Counted from the first letter of the stretch, positions 53,972-64,000 are shown. The stretch: DNA of 64,000 bases from an uncultured bacterium (GCA_963845185.1 CAWJRG010000010.1:480001-544000), one strand, 5' to 3'. The notes: generated by a model not told the origin, from the letters alone. Numbers and translations: made by a program.

Positions 53972-56958
53972 CTTTTTTTCCTTTTAACCGTTTTGTTTTT
54001 CTGGACCGGGTTTGATATTTTATATTCCTCGTCTAAAAGCTCCATTCGTTTTTTCGTTGTCTCCAGCCATTTCTGGTTTTTTGTTGCGCCTAGTATTTTT
54101 TTATAAACATTCATAGCTTTTTTTATTTCCCCGTTTTTTTCATAAAGTTTCCCAGCGTCGCTCAAAGCGGTAATTGCCCACATTTCTTCGCTGGGGAATT
54201 TTTTATATACATTAATATATTCTTTCACTGCCGTTTCCGTGTCGCCTTTTAAATTATAGGAATCAGCTATCCAGTACTGGGCCTCTGCGCCTGTTGAAGG
54301 CTGTTTGCCCGAATCAACTACTTGGCTGAAAAGTTCTATTGCCTTATCATAATTTTTCTCATCCTGGTAAATATATCCGAGATTCATATAAGCGTTCAGG
54401 AGTAATTCTGAATTTTTATATTCGTCAATAAGTTTCTGGTACCATTTTTTTGCCTCGTCTACATTGCTTAGGCGTTTGTATGACATGGCTATATTAAAAT
54501 AAGCGTCGGCTATATATTCGGAATCCTTGTGTGCGTCAATAAGTTGCTTGTAATAATCAATGGCGTTCTGGTATTCATGCAACTTATAGTATGAGTTGGC
54601 TGTTTTAAAAAGCGCTTTATCTGCAAAAGGGGTGGATGGATAATTTTTTATTAGAATCTTCATCGTATTGATTGATTCGCTGAATTTATTAATATTAAAA
54701 TAAGACATTCCCAGCCAGTAATATGCGTTATCCATAAGCTCGTGTTTCGGATATTTTTCTATAAATCTGTTAAATTCATCAACGGCTGTTTCATATTTTT
54801 TTATATTATAATAATGTTCCGCTATTCTGTATTGTATTTCCGGGGTAAAACTGCTTTCTGGATACTTATCAACAAATTTTTTTGATAACTCGATTGCCTT
54901 ATCGTAATCACCGAGTTGGTAATAAGACCACTGTATGCCGTATAATGCTTCCCCCACCCTGTAATGTGTCGGAAATTTATCCACTATTTCCTTATAATAC
55001 TGTATGGCCGTATTATAATCGTGTTTATTGTAATAGCTGTCGCCTGTTTTCAATATGGCTTCTTGGTAAAGATGTGTATTTTGAAATGTCTCGATAATAA
55101 CTTTGAATTCGTTTATTGCCTGATCAAAGTCATTTTTTCTGAAATAAGCCCAGCCTATCCGATATTGTGCTTCTGCTTTTTTTACTGAATCTTTTATAAT
55201 GTCGCGGTATCTTTTCCATAGATTTATTGCCGTATCAAAATTTTCCTTTCTGTAAAAGCACCACGCTGCATAAAACATTGACTCGTCCCTTATGTCCTGT
55301 GGGGTTTCCTTGCCGTTCATTATATCCGAATATATATTCAGTGCCTCGTCAAATTTATATATGGAATAAAGTGTGTTGGCTTTCATAAATTTTGCTTTAA
55401 ATCTTATATCGTTGTCTTTTGCCGTGCTATTTGACTTTGAGAATATTTTCAAAGCGTCTTCAAATTGACTATTCTTATATAAAATCCATGCTTTGCCGTA
55501 ATAAGCTTCTGCTGAAATATCCGGATAATTCATGTACTTGGCCGTTATTTCATCATAATATTTATTAGCTTCATCAAAATTGTTTAATTCAAAATAATTA
55601 TCTCCTATCTTTAAAGTGCTTTTGATTTTCAGGTCTTCCGGAGCGCTTTCAGAGGAAATAATATTATTATAAATTGTTATCGCATCGTTGTATTCTCCTT
55701 CCTTATAGAGAGACCATGCCTTTAAATACTCGGCGATAAAGTAATCCCCTTTGTACTTTTGCTCTATTTGGCCGTACATTTCCTCGGCTTTTTTAAATTC
55801 GTTCACAAGGGTATATATATCGGCGGTCATAAAATAAGCTGCTCTTGTTATTTCTTCTACATTGTATTCGTCGACAACCTTTTGGTATTCACGAAGCGCC
55901 GTATAATAATCGCCTGTCTTATAGTAATAATATGCTATTGCATATTGCGCATATGCGGATGGAATTGTATTTGGAAATTTATTTATTACTTTATTGTATT
56001 GTTCCATTGCTTTTTCTTTATTTGATAGAGCTTCATAGCAAAGCCCTTTTTTATATTCGGACCATATGCTTAATATTTCCCCTTCGTAATTTTTTATTAT
56101 ATCATCATATATTCCTTTAGCTTTATTATATTCACCAAGCATGTAATAATTCCATGCCTTGAAATAATCAAGAAGTACCTTAAATTTCCCATCTTTTTCA
56201 TTTTCCAGTATATTGTTTATTATGCTTATGGCCTTGTTGTAATCGCCCTGTGAATAATAAACATTGGCTTTCCAGTATTCGGAATGCGAAAGTATTTTGC
56301 TTCCCGGAAATTCCTCTTTTACCCTGTTAAAAAATTTTATTGCTTCATTCGAGTTTTTTTCTTTGTCATTGGAAGTCAACGATTTTTCATAATAAATTCT
56401 GCCTGTCAGATAATAAACATAATCAAAATGCTCGTAACTGCTGTATTTTTCTAGTTTTGCCGTCGTATTTAAAGCTTCGTCGTATTCCCCATTTAAGAAT
56501 AAATTTTCTCCTAATAACAAATATGCATCTTTCGAAAGATATGATTCCGGATAATCCGTAAGCAGCAATTGCAGGTATTGTATGCTTTTTTGATAGTCCT
56601 TAACTTGATAATAACATTCGGCTATTCTGTAATAAATTTCCTTTTTATATTTATTTTTTATCCTCGGGTATTTTTCTATTATGTCGAGGTAGGAATAAAG
56701 TGCGTCTTTAAAATGACGGTTATTGTACCGGCTCTCGGCTATCATAAATCCTGAATTCCCTGCTAATGCTGCTTCAGGAAACTCTGCTTCAAACTGTTTA
56801 AAAAGATTCTCCGCAAGATTAAAATTGTTGTTTAAATAAAGCACATAAGCAAAATCATATTGGTCTTTTTCAGAGGTTTCGTAGGAGCCGTAAGCTTTAA
56901 AAGGCATGAAAATAAATAAAACTGCGATAGTTATGCAAAATACGTTTTTGTAATTCAT
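53968..56958 (-). CDS. Large exported TPR protein (BamD/CpoB-like repeats)
   Basis: Signal peptide; more than 20 TPR units with YP.S...A.Y..A..YY patterns. Confidence 0.85.
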   Translation of the reverse strand: MNYKNVFCITIAVLFIFMPFKAYGSYETSEKDQYDFAYVLYLNNNFNLAENLFKQFEAEFPEAALAGNSGFMIAESRYNNRHFKDALYSYLDIIEKYPRIKNKYKKEIYYRIAECYYQVKDYQKSIQYLQLLLTDYPESYLSKDAYLLLGENLFLNGEYDEALNTTAKLEKYSSYEHFDYVYYLTGRIYYEKSLTSNDKEKNSNEAIKFFNRVKEEFPGSKILSHSEYWKANVYYSQGDYNKAISIINNILENEKDGKFKVLLDYFKAWNYYMLGEYNKAKGIYDDIIKNYEGEILSIWSEYKKGLCYEALSNKEKAMEQYNKVINKFPNTIPSAYAQYAIAYYYYKTGDYYTALREYQKVVDEYNVEEITRAAYFMTADIYTLVNEFKKAEEMYGQIEQKYKGDYFIAEYLKAWSLYKEGEYNDAITIYNNIISSESAPEDLKIKSTLKIGDNYFELNNFDEANKYYDEITAKYMNYPDISAEAYYGKAWILYKNSQFEDALKIFSKSNSTAKDNDIRFKAKFMKANTLYSIYKFDEALNIYSDIMNGKETPQDIRDESMFYAAWCFYRKENFDTAINLWKRYRDIIKDSVKKAEAQYRIGWAYFRKNDFDQAINEFKVIIETFQNTHLYQEAILKTGDSYYNKHDYNTAIQYYKEIVDKFPTHYRVGEALYGIQWSYYQLGDYDKAIELSKKFVDKYPESSFTPEIQYRIAEHYYNIKKYETAVDEFNRFIEKYPKHELMDNAYYWLGMSYFNINKFSESINTMKILIKNYPSTPFADKALFKTANSYYKLHEYQNAIDYYKQLIDAHKDSEYIADAYFNIAMSYKRLSNVDEAKKWYQKLIDEYKNSELLLNAYMNLGYIYQDEKNYDKAIELFSQVVDSGKQPSTGAEAQYWIADSYNLKGDTETAVKEYINVYKKFPSEEMWAITALSDAGKLYEKNGEIKKAMNVYKKILGATKNQKWLETTKKRMELLDEEYKISNPVQKNKTVKRKKR

Positions 56959-56974
56959 AATATCCCTATAAAGA

Positions 56975-57012
56975 AAAAAGCCCCTGACTTTTGGGAAGTA
57001 CAGGGGCTTTTC
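56975..57012. terminator. Intrinsic terminator after the LysM gene
   Basis: AAAAGCCCCTG...CAGGGGCTTTT inverted repeat with A/T runs on both sides. Confidence 0.7.
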
Positions 57013-57033
57013 ACTATGAATAAAAATTTATTT

Positions 57034-57756
57034 CTAATATTTAATTGGTAATTTTTTTCTTGGTTTTGAATGTGGTTCATAGCCTGGCGTTTCTTTTGCT
57101 TTATTAACAGCGTCGTCTATTTCTTCTTGGGTAAAACTGCGGCTTATTTTCAACAGCTGCCTTGGATAAATTAAATCCGGGTCATCAATATTTGCTCTGT
57201 TTGCTTTAAATATCAATGGCCATTTGAAATGGTCGCTGTATATGTCATCCACGCCGGATATCTTCCACAGTGTATCGCCCTTCTTTATTGAGTATTTTTT
57301 AAGTGATCCCTTAAGATTCGCTTCTTCCTGTGCAGGTTGTTCCGCAGCAGGTGGTGCTGCTGCTTCTCCTTCTGCTGGTGGTGGCGGTAATGTGCCTTCC
57401 TCTCCTCCTGCTGGTGCTGCTGCTTCTCCTTCTGCTGGTGGTGGCGGTAATGTGCCTTCCTCTCCTCCTGCTGGTGCTGCTGCCGCTTCTCCTTCTGCTG
57501 GTGGAGGCGGCAATGCGCCTTGATCTCCTCCTGCTGGTGCAGCAGCCGCTTCTCCTCCTGCTGGCGGAGGCGGCAATGCATCACTGTTGGGCGCTGCTGA
57601 TGTATTATCGCCCGGTGGTGGGGGTACCAGATCTTCATTTGCATCAGGTGGGGGAGGTAATGCTACATCATCCGCAGCTTTGACTACCGCAGGAACTAAA
57701 ATAAAACCAATTGCAAAAAAACACGCAAAAACAAAAAACCAAAACTTTTTACTCAT
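57034..57756 (-). CDS. LysM protein with Pro/Ala/Glu tandem repeats
   Basis: Start MSKK at 57756 (GGAGG); signal peptide; YSIKKGDTLWKIS...WPLIFKAN...IDDPDLIYP. Confidence 0.88.
   Translation of the reverse strand: MSKKFWFFVFACFFAIGFILVPAVVKAADDVALPPPPDANEDLVPPPPGDNTSAAPNSDALPPPPAGGEAAAAPAGGDQGALPPPPAEGEAAAAPAGGEEGTLPPPPAEGEAAAPAGGEEGTLPPPPAEGEAAAPPAAEQPAQEEANLKGSLKKYSIKKGDTLWKISGVDDIYSDHFKWPLIFKANRANIDDPDLIYPRQLLKISRSFTQEEIDDAVNKAKETPGYEPHSKPRKKLPIKY
57350..57580 (-). repeat. 60-63 bp tandem repeats (LPPPPAEGEAAAPAGGEEGT)
   Basis: Two almost identical 60-mers plus two diverged units. Confidence 0.85.
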
Positions 57757-57800
57757 ACACACCCTCCTTCTAATTTTAATAAATATCTTACTCTTCATCT

Positions 57801-57875
57801 TGGAGCGGGAAACGGGGCTTGAACCCGCGGCCTTCTCCTTGGCAAGGAGACGCTCTACCGCTGAGCTATTCCCGC
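57801..57875 (-). tRNA. tRNA-Gly(GCC)
   Basis: GCGGGAATAGCTCAGCGGTAGAGCGTCTCCTTGCCAAGGAGAAGGCCGCGGGTTCAAGCCCCGTTTCCCGCTCCA folds as a cloverleaf, anticodon GCC, encoded CCA. Confidence 0.97.
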
Positions 57876-57911
57876 CGCTTTTTGAAAACGAATTACAATA
57901 ATGTAGGCAGT

Positions 57912-57940
57912 ATTATAATAACTTTCATAATCATTGTCAA
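57912..57940 (-). promoter_or_regulatory. Consensus sigma70 promoter of tRNA-Gly
   Basis: TTGACA-17 nt-TATAAT. Confidence 0.8.
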
Positions 57941-58154
57941 TGTAAAATTTAATCACTTTTATTATTTCTTATTGTAAAATTCAATTTTATTTACAAGTTA
58001 TTATCACACTTTACCATCCAATATTTTCGAAGACCGGTTAACCGCAAAAACGCAATTCCTCTTGTTCTTTTGCTATCTAGCAAAATTGAGCTTATTATTA
58101 TCTTTAGCTAGTATTTTTACTAGTCCTTGCAGATTTATAAGAAACAAACGGAAA

Positions 58155-59006
58155 TTATTGACTTTTTTCCCTGTTACTGATATTTTTTTGAAGAAAATTC
58201 TTTATTTTGCTCGATACCGATTTTTTTTCTTTAATGGTATTTATTATATTATCAATTTCCCCATCCACTATTTCAACACCTTTTGATATGATCTCTTCTT
58301 TTTTGCTAATATCAAAAGGATTATAATTTTTTATATCCGGCATTAGCATTATATCCGCAGATTTATAATCATTGCTATATCCTTTTAACGCGGTATTTCC
58401 CTGCATCATAAGTTGAAGGCTTTTCCATAATATATCAAAAATATCGTTTTTGCCCTGGTCGGCGACAATGGCTTTTGCTGTAACGTCAACGCCTATCACA
58501 AAATCCGCGCCCATTTCTTTTGCGATTTTTGCCGGTACATTGTCCAAAATTCCTCCGTCAACAAATATGCTATTTTCTATTTTTGCAGGTGTAAAAATAC
58601 CCGGGAGACTGCAACTTGCTCTTATTGCTTTGGCAAGCGATCCTTTATAAAAAGCTTTTTCAGACCCTGTTGAAAGGTTTGTCGCGATAGCGGCAAATTT
58701 TATCTTTGTATCCTCGACATTTTTTACAGCCGCATATTCTTCCACAAAATTTTCCAGTTTTTCCAATGAAATAAGCCCGTCTTTCGGCAGTATGGGTTTG
58801 AGTACTCCAAGCCATTTAAAATTAATGGCGATCTCTTCTACTTTTTCTATCGGAACTCCCGAGGCATATATACCGCCTATTAGCGCACCGACACTTGTTC
58901 CCGCTATTATATCGGGTTTTATTTTAAATTTTTCTAATGCTTTTATTACGCCTATATGCGCAAATCCGTACGCAACTCCGCCTCCTAATGCAAGCCCTAT
59001 TTTCAT
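58155..59006 (-). CDS. Patatin-like phospholipase
   Basis: LALGGG...GFAHIG, GTSVG, ASCSLPG, DGG. Confidence 0.93.
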   Translation of the reverse strand: MKIGLALGGGVAYGFAHIGVIKALEKFKIKPDIIAGTSVGALIGGIYASGVPIEKVEEIAINFKWLGVLKPILPKDGLISLEKLENFVEEYAAVKNVEDTKIKFAAIATNLSTGSEKAFYKGSLAKAIRASCSLPGIFTPAKIENSIFVDGGILDNVPAKIAKEMGADFVIGVDVTAKAIVADQGKNDIFDILWKSLQLMMQGNTALKGYSNDYKSADIMLMPDIKNYNPFDISKKEEIISKGVEIVDGEIDNIINTIKEKKSVSSKIKNFLQKNISNREKSQ

Positions 59007-59017
59007 ATCATAGCACC

Positions 59018-59836
59018 TTACCTGCTGAAATTCATATCTTCAGCAACATTTTTTACTATCTCAACATTAACCATTTCCTTTTTCATTAAAAATGCCTCAA
59101 GCAGGCAGTTATCACAAATTGTATTTATTACTCTCGGTGTCCCTTTTGAATAAGCGTAAATTGCTTCCAGCGAGGCAAGCGTAAAAAGTTCTTTTGATGT
59201 TCCCGCTATCTTTAGCCTATGTTTTATATAATTAATGGTTGCTTCTTTATCAAGCGCTTTCAGTTTAAATTTTATAGCTACCCTTTGCTGGAGTGGAGGA
59301 TCCAGTGCGATATTCGTCTCCAGTTCCGACAGTCCGATTAGTACTATCGATATGAGTTTTCTGCCCGGTATTTCAAGGTTTAAAAGCCCCCGTAATTCCT
59401 CAAATATTTCTTTTGTCTTTAGCATGTTGGCTTCATCAATTAGTACAACTGCATTTTTCCCGCTTTCATAAATTTCCATGAGTCGCTTAAAAAACTGTGG
59501 TAAAAGGATTTCCTTTGAATCAGCCGGATTTTCTATTCCTATCTGAACGGCTATCCTTTTTAACAGCCATGCTGCGCTTATTTCGGAATGTACTATAACA
59601 AGAAGTGATTCCACATATTTTTCATCTTCTTCAAGTTTTTCAAGTACTTTCCTGGCAAGAAGTGTTTTCCCCGTGCCTATGTCTCCCAGCATAACAACAA
59701 GCCCTTTCATTGTTTCCAAAGCATGCATTATCTTTAACATGGCTTCTTGGTGTTGCTCACTTTCGTAATAAAATCTGCTGTCAGGCGCATTTGAAAACGG
59801 CTGTTCTGCAAGACCAAAAAACTGTTCGTAGCTCAC
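59018..59836 (-). CDS. ExeA/GspA-family AAA ATPase
   Basis: YEQFFGL..QPFS..PD, GDIGTGKT, LIDEA, L.QR, S.G.PR.IN..CD. Confidence 0.9.
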   Translation of the reverse strand: MSYEQFFGLAEQPFSNAPDSRFYYESEQHQEAMLKIMHALETMKGLVVMLGDIGTGKTLLARKVLEKLEEDEKYVESLLVIVHSEISAAWLLKRIAVQIGIENPADSKEILLPQFFKRLMEIYESGKNAVVLIDEANMLKTKEIFEELRGLLNLEIPGRKLISIVLIGLSELETNIALDPPLQQRVAIKFKLKALDKEATINYIKHRLKIAGTSKELFTLASLEAIYAYSKGTPRVINTICDNCLLEAFLMKKEMVNVEIVKNVAEDMNFSR

Positions 59837-60220
59837 TTTTTTGTTTCCTCCGCGAGTTAAAAATAATAACGCCGGTTAGATACTGCTGGAAAAACCCATT
59901 ATAACTTGATCGCTTATGTGTTTCTCGCAAACAGATTTTCCGATAGTATTCAGTACCGGCATATAATATCAATTTTTGCTTTTACTGGCAACATTTCTTT
60001 TAGTCTTACGGCCTCTGATTCTGGTTTTTTAGTCTATAATTTTAATCTGCCAGCCAGTCCCTGAAATATTATTGATGTAATTACGGGAATTAAAAAATGA
60101 AGCGGATTAGTAAAGGATTAATTTTTTTTATATTTTTAATAATGAAAATATGTCTCAATGTTAAACCAATCTCGCAAATTCCACCCCAAATAGTTTTCCA
60201 GCAATTTCTGAGTAGTAAAA

Positions 60221-62542
60221 TTATATATATGATACCTTGCTTTGCTTTCCTTTTTTCCCCTGATCGTCGTCTTTATCTGGTTTTTTCTCTTCAGTTTCAG
60301 CTGATTTATCGTCTTGATCTTTTATCTTTTTGAGTTCTTCGAGCTTCATTCTTGCTTCAAGGTTGTTCATGTCTTTATTAACTATTTTGTTTAAAATTTT
60401 TTCAGCCTCGCTTAATAATCCCTGTTTCATGAATATCTCAGCCGTCGTAACGGTAATAAAATCATTGCCTATATCATCATTATCAATAATTTCTTCCGTT
60501 TTATCTGCTTTCATTGTTTTTGCTTTATCAGCTTCTTTTTTCTTTCGTTCTTCGTCCTCTTTCTTTTTCTTTTCTTCCTCAACTTTTTTCTTTTGTTCCT
60601 CTTCTTTCTTTCTGTGCTCATCGGCCTCTTTCTTTTTCTTTTCTTCATCGGCTTTTTTCTTTTGTTCCTCTTCTTTCTTTCTGCGCTCCTCGTCTTCTTT
60701 CTTTTTCTTTTCTTCCTCGGTTTTTTTCTTGTATTCCTCGGCCTCTTTCTTTTTATTATCCTCCTCGGATTTTTTCTTTGCGTTTATATCCACAGGTGGC
60801 AAACCGGCGTATTTTGAATAAACAAAATTAAGTTTGTTCTTTATGTCCTGATTCCCCGGATCAAGCGATGCAGCCTGCTGGTACATTTCTATTGCCTCGT
60901 CAAAAGACCCTCCAGCCACGTAACTGTCTGCCATGGCTATTAATGCAGGAACATCTTCCGCGCTTGCTTTTACAGGCGTAACAGTATCAAATACTGTCTC
61001 TGGTATTTCTTCAATTTTCTTTAATTGCTCTTCTTTGCTTATTGCTGGGGATTTAAAAAAATCCTCCTGCATAACCGGTTCAAATTTATTCACAGGTTCT
61101 TGTTTTAACAGCTCCGGTTCTGGCGAAGTCTCAGTCCGCCTAAACGACTGGATAATTGGTTCAATAATTATTTCCTTAGCCGGCGGTTTCTCAGCTGCCG
61201 GAAAAGCCGCAGGGGGGGTAGATTGTGTAATCGGTGCCGAACCACCCATCTTTTTTGACTTATCGATTAATTTTTGATGTGCCGGATTCATTTCTTCGGC
61301 TAACTTGTAATACTCTGTTTCCTTGTCGGGTATATTTTCCTTTTTATAAATCTCGGCTATTTTTATATAAACATTTGCCGCATCATTTTTCTTTATATCC
61401 TGTGACGCATATAAATCCCCAAGTTTTTGCAGGACTTCAATATTTTCCGGATCGTGTTTTAAAACATTATTTAAAACCTCCTCGGCTTTTGCCTGCTCGT
61501 GCTTTTTTATATATATATTTGCAACCATAATGTATTTGGCAACAGCTTCCTTTTTTAATCCTTTCTGCATCTGTAATTCCGCTATCATTTCATGTGCATG
61601 GGTATTATCTTCTTCAATCTTGATAACTTTATTAAAGGTCGAAATCGCATCGTCAATCTGCCCGCTACTCTTATAAATTTCGCCCATGACTAAAATTGCA
61701 CCCACGTGATTTGCCTTGAATTTAAGCAACATTTCCAGCTCTTTTTTTGCTTCGCCGTATTCTTTCCTTTCAAACATGGCTACGCCCTTGAAATAATGGG
61801 CTTCAATACTTTTGAAATCTATCGCTTTCTGGCTGTAAAAATCTGTCTTTTCAATGTTTTTTTGTTTCCAGAAATATTCGGCGAGAAAAAGATATTCTCT
61901 TTTTGCGTCGGATTCGTTGTTTTCCTTTTCAAAAATTTCAGCAATTCGTTCATGAAGCGATATGTCATCCGGTTGCAATTCAATCATCTTCTGGAAAATC
62001 GGCAGGGCTTTTTTAAAAATACGGTTCTTAAAATAAACATCGACTATTCTTTTATAATAATTTATTGCTTCTGTTTTATTTCCAACTTTGGTATAAAGAT
62101 CCCCCAATTTCTGGTAACTTTCAAAATCGTCAGGGTTTACTTTCAAAAGTTTGAGATATGTATCTATTGCCTTATCTATTTGTTTTTCTTCCAGGAATTT
62201 TTCTGCTTCAGAATGTGTTTTAATAACTATTTGCTTTTTTCTGTCAGTTTCATTTAATTTATCTGAATCTAGTTTGGCTATTTTTTTATATATAACGGCC
62301 GCCTTGTCTGCCAGTCCTTGTTTTATATAGGCTTCAGCGGCAATAAGGTATTCCTGGTAAGCATTGCTGTCGTCTTTTTTTTTCATGTAAATGTCGCCGA
62401 GCATATTATGGACATTATAATCTGTCGGATCAAGAGTCAGTAGTTTTTTATACTCCTGTATAGCCTTATCCCATTTTCCTTCCTGGGTAAAATTATAAGC
62501 GCTCTTTACAATGTCTTTTTTGCTTTCTGCACACATAAACAC
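60221..62542 (-). CDS. Cytoplasmic TPR protein with E/K-rich helical tail
   Basis: About 12 TPRs, Pro-rich linker, E/K block repeats, terminal TVTTAEIFMKQG TPR. Confidence 0.8.
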   Translation of the reverse strand: MFMCAESKKDIVKSAYNFTQEGKWDKAIQEYKKLLTLDPTDYNVHNMLGDIYMKKKDDSNAYQEYLIAAEAYIKQGLADKAAVIYKKIAKLDSDKLNETDRKKQIVIKTHSEAEKFLEEKQIDKAIDTYLKLLKVNPDDFESYQKLGDLYTKVGNKTEAINYYKRIVDVYFKNRIFKKALPIFQKMIELQPDDISLHERIAEIFEKENNESDAKREYLFLAEYFWKQKNIEKTDFYSQKAIDFKSIEAHYFKGVAMFERKEYGEAKKELEMLLKFKANHVGAILVMGEIYKSSGQIDDAISTFNKVIKIEEDNTHAHEMIAELQMQKGLKKEAVAKYIMVANIYIKKHEQAKAEEVLNNVLKHDPENIEVLQKLGDLYASQDIKKNDAANVYIKIAEIYKKENIPDKETEYYKLAEEMNPAHQKLIDKSKKMGGSAPITQSTPPAAFPAAEKPPAKEIIIEPIIQSFRRTETSPEPELLKQEPVNKFEPVMQEDFFKSPAISKEEQLKKIEEIPETVFDTVTPVKASAEDVPALIAMADSYVAGGSFDEAIEMYQQAASLDPGNQDIKNKLNFVYSKYAGLPPVDINAKKKSEEDNKKKEAEEYKKKTEEEKKKKEDEERRKKEEEQKKKADEEKKKKEADEHRKKEEEQKKKVEEEKKKKEDEERKKKEADKAKTMKADKTEEIIDNDDIGNDFITVTTAEIFMKQGLLSEAEKILNKIVNKDMNNLEARMKLEELKKIKDQDDKSAETEEKKPDKDDDQGKKGKQSKVSYI

Positions 62543-62639
62543 AAGCCTCTTTTTTTGTTTATTCGTATCTAAAACAGCTCTTTAAACTTTTTGCCCAAAT
62601 ATTTGTATCAAAATATTACAAAAAATATCTCTTAATAAA

Positions 62640-62668
62640 ATTATAATATAATAAAATTGAATTGTCAA
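62640..62668 (-). promoter_or_regulatory. sigma70 promoter of the TPR gene
   Basis: TTGACA-17 nt-TATAAT. Confidence 0.65.
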
Positions 62669-62810
62669 ACTTTATAAAATTATAGTGGAAATTTCCCCTT
62701 TGCTTTAAATTAATTAAAATTCAATAAAAAAAAATTATAAAAATTAACCTCAATCAATAGAAGTGAACAGTTATTGTACCTCACCCGGAGTTGTTGGATT
62801 TCTTTTTAGA

Positions 62811-63872
62811 TTATTTGTTTCTGTTTAATGCAACCATAAGCCCTTTGAAAATTCCGAGAACACCCTGTTTCCATGCAACTCTGTGGGTTATACCCGAAGC
62901 GCCCTGAACTTCAGCTTTGTGCTGCATATACCAGTTATATGCCCTGGTCAGAGCCTGAGCCTCGGTAAATTTTGGTATCCACCCCAATTTTTTTTCTGCC
63001 TTTTCAATGGAAACAAATGAATCCTTGTGCGCTGTACCGTAAACCCATTTATATAAAGGTGATATCCTTAATGCCCAGAAAATTTCAAGAAAAAAAATCA
63101 AAAGCCCTGCCGGCGTTGTCATAACCTTTGATTTTGCGCCTACAGCGTTGAAAAATTCTGTCAAATATTCCTTTATCGGCTTGGTATCTTTGGCACCTAC
63201 GTTAAAGGTATCGTTTGCCACATCTGCAGGCTTTGTGAGCATCAGGTAAATGGAATCAACCAGGTCCTCGACTTCAAGCAGTTCGTAACGGTTTTTGCCG
63301 TTGCCTATTACAGGTATTAGCGCTCCGCTTTCCACCCAGTCGTACAGTATCTGAAACACGCCTAGCCGTCCTGTGCCTATGAATGTTTTTGGCCTAACTA
63401 CAGGTACTATCATTCCCTGCTTTCTGTAATCCTCGCATAATTTTTCCGCAAGTATTTTTGTCTCACCGTACGGTCCTACTCCTACCAGCGGGTCAGTTTC
63501 ATATAGCGGATGTTTTTCAGGGACACCGTATACCGCTGTCGACGAAACATAAACTACCCTTTTGATACTGTATTTTTTTGCTGTTTCAAGCACATTTTTT
63601 GTGCCGGCAACATTGACCGAATAAATATCTTTTTTCTTCCACAAAGGAAGCGCGGCAGCACCGTGTATGACATAATCAACATTTTTTAATGCTTCTTCCA
63701 GTTTAGGCAAATCCCTTATGTCCACTTTTTTATAAATAGCATTTTTCGGATATTCCGCCGGGTTAAAATCATCAATATCTATAACAATAATTTGTTCATA
63801 TTTATCCGCAAGCTGGTTGCAGATATGGTAACCTAAAAAACCGCATCCGCCTGTAACCGCAAGTCGCGCCAT
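62811..63872 (-). CDS. NAD-dependent epimerase/dehydratase (extended SDR)
   Basis: TGGCGFLG, VSSTAVYG, YGETK. Confidence 0.88.
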   Translation of the reverse strand: MARLAVTGGCGFLGYHICNQLADKYEQIIVIDIDDFNPAEYPKNAIYKKVDIRDLPKLEEALKNVDYVIHGAAALPLWKKKDIYSVNVAGTKNVLETAKKYSIKRVVYVSSTAVYGVPEKHPLYETDPLVGVGPYGETKILAEKLCEDYRKQGMIVPVVRPKTFIGTGRLGVFQILYDWVESGALIPVIGNGKNRYELLEVEDLVDSIYLMLTKPADVANDTFNVGAKDTKPIKEYLTEFFNAVGAKSKVMTTPAGLLIFFLEIFWALRISPLYKWVYGTAHKDSFVSIEKAEKKLGWIPKFTEAQALTRAYNWYMQHKAEVQGASGITHRVAWKQGVLGIFKGLMVALNRNK

Positions 63873-63904
63873 GTCAAATTACCTCCGATTTTGAAATTTT
63901 CGTA

Positions 63905-63933
63905 ATTATATATTGTTTATTTCTTAGTGTCAA
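63905..63933 (-). promoter_or_regulatory. sigma70 promoter
   Basis: TTGACA-17 nt-TATAAT upstream of the GGAGG RBS of the gene at 63872. Confidence 0.7.
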
Positions 63934-64000
63934 ATAGTATTGCAAACCGGAAAACCGCTTTCAAAAAGATTGGGCGCTGAAGGTTTAGGTTGCGAAAGGG

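Noticed and set aside
57801..57875. tRNA-Gly as an integration site for an island
   Set aside because: No integrase and no duplicated tRNA 3' end found in the window.
63940..64000. Possible structured RNA or riboswitch at the right edge
   Set aside because: Truncated, upstream of the predicted promoter, and no recognisable consensus.

Overview
Bacterial chromosomal window, almost entirely minus-strand. It comes from a diderm organism with Shine-Dalgarno sites and consensus TTGACA/TATAAT promoters, so it does not look Bacteroidota-like. The T-rich, YPNP-tailed proteins resemble those of candidate phyla such as Goldiibacteriota (inference only). (i) 1-19.7 kb: a hemicellulose, probably xyloglucan, utilisation locus. 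It encodes GH74 (partial, missed by the ORF track), an ABC sugar-binding lipoprotein, GH35-CBM35, GH29-CBM35, GH44, GH62 and a divergent clan GH-A hydrolase. It has no SusC/SusD; instead it is headed by two tandem SLH-like/coiled-coil/beta-barrel proteins and a CBM-like lipoprotein, and it carries several gene relics (IS110, GH62 and SBP fragments). (ii) An intact IS1182-family element inserted in a terminator loop. (iii) A 3867-aa modular surface protein with a T9SS-like C-terminal domain. (iv) Mixed metabolic genes: ferredoxin, SDR, GH29-CBM32, GATase, queC, comF, and rfbA-C-B-D with a frameshifted rfbD plus an epimerase. (v) A second CTD protein, S1/P1 nuclease, BatD, an HTH-less LacI-type domain, yraN, rnhB, rsfS, a TPR/beta-barrel/ExbB/ExbD/TonB cluster, a LysM protein, tRNA-Gly(GCC), patatin, an ExeA ATPase, a TPR protein and an epimerase. 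Intergenic DNA contains GTAG-type REP palindromes and two copies of a covarying three-stem element. All family calls are motif recognition by eye; no searches were run.
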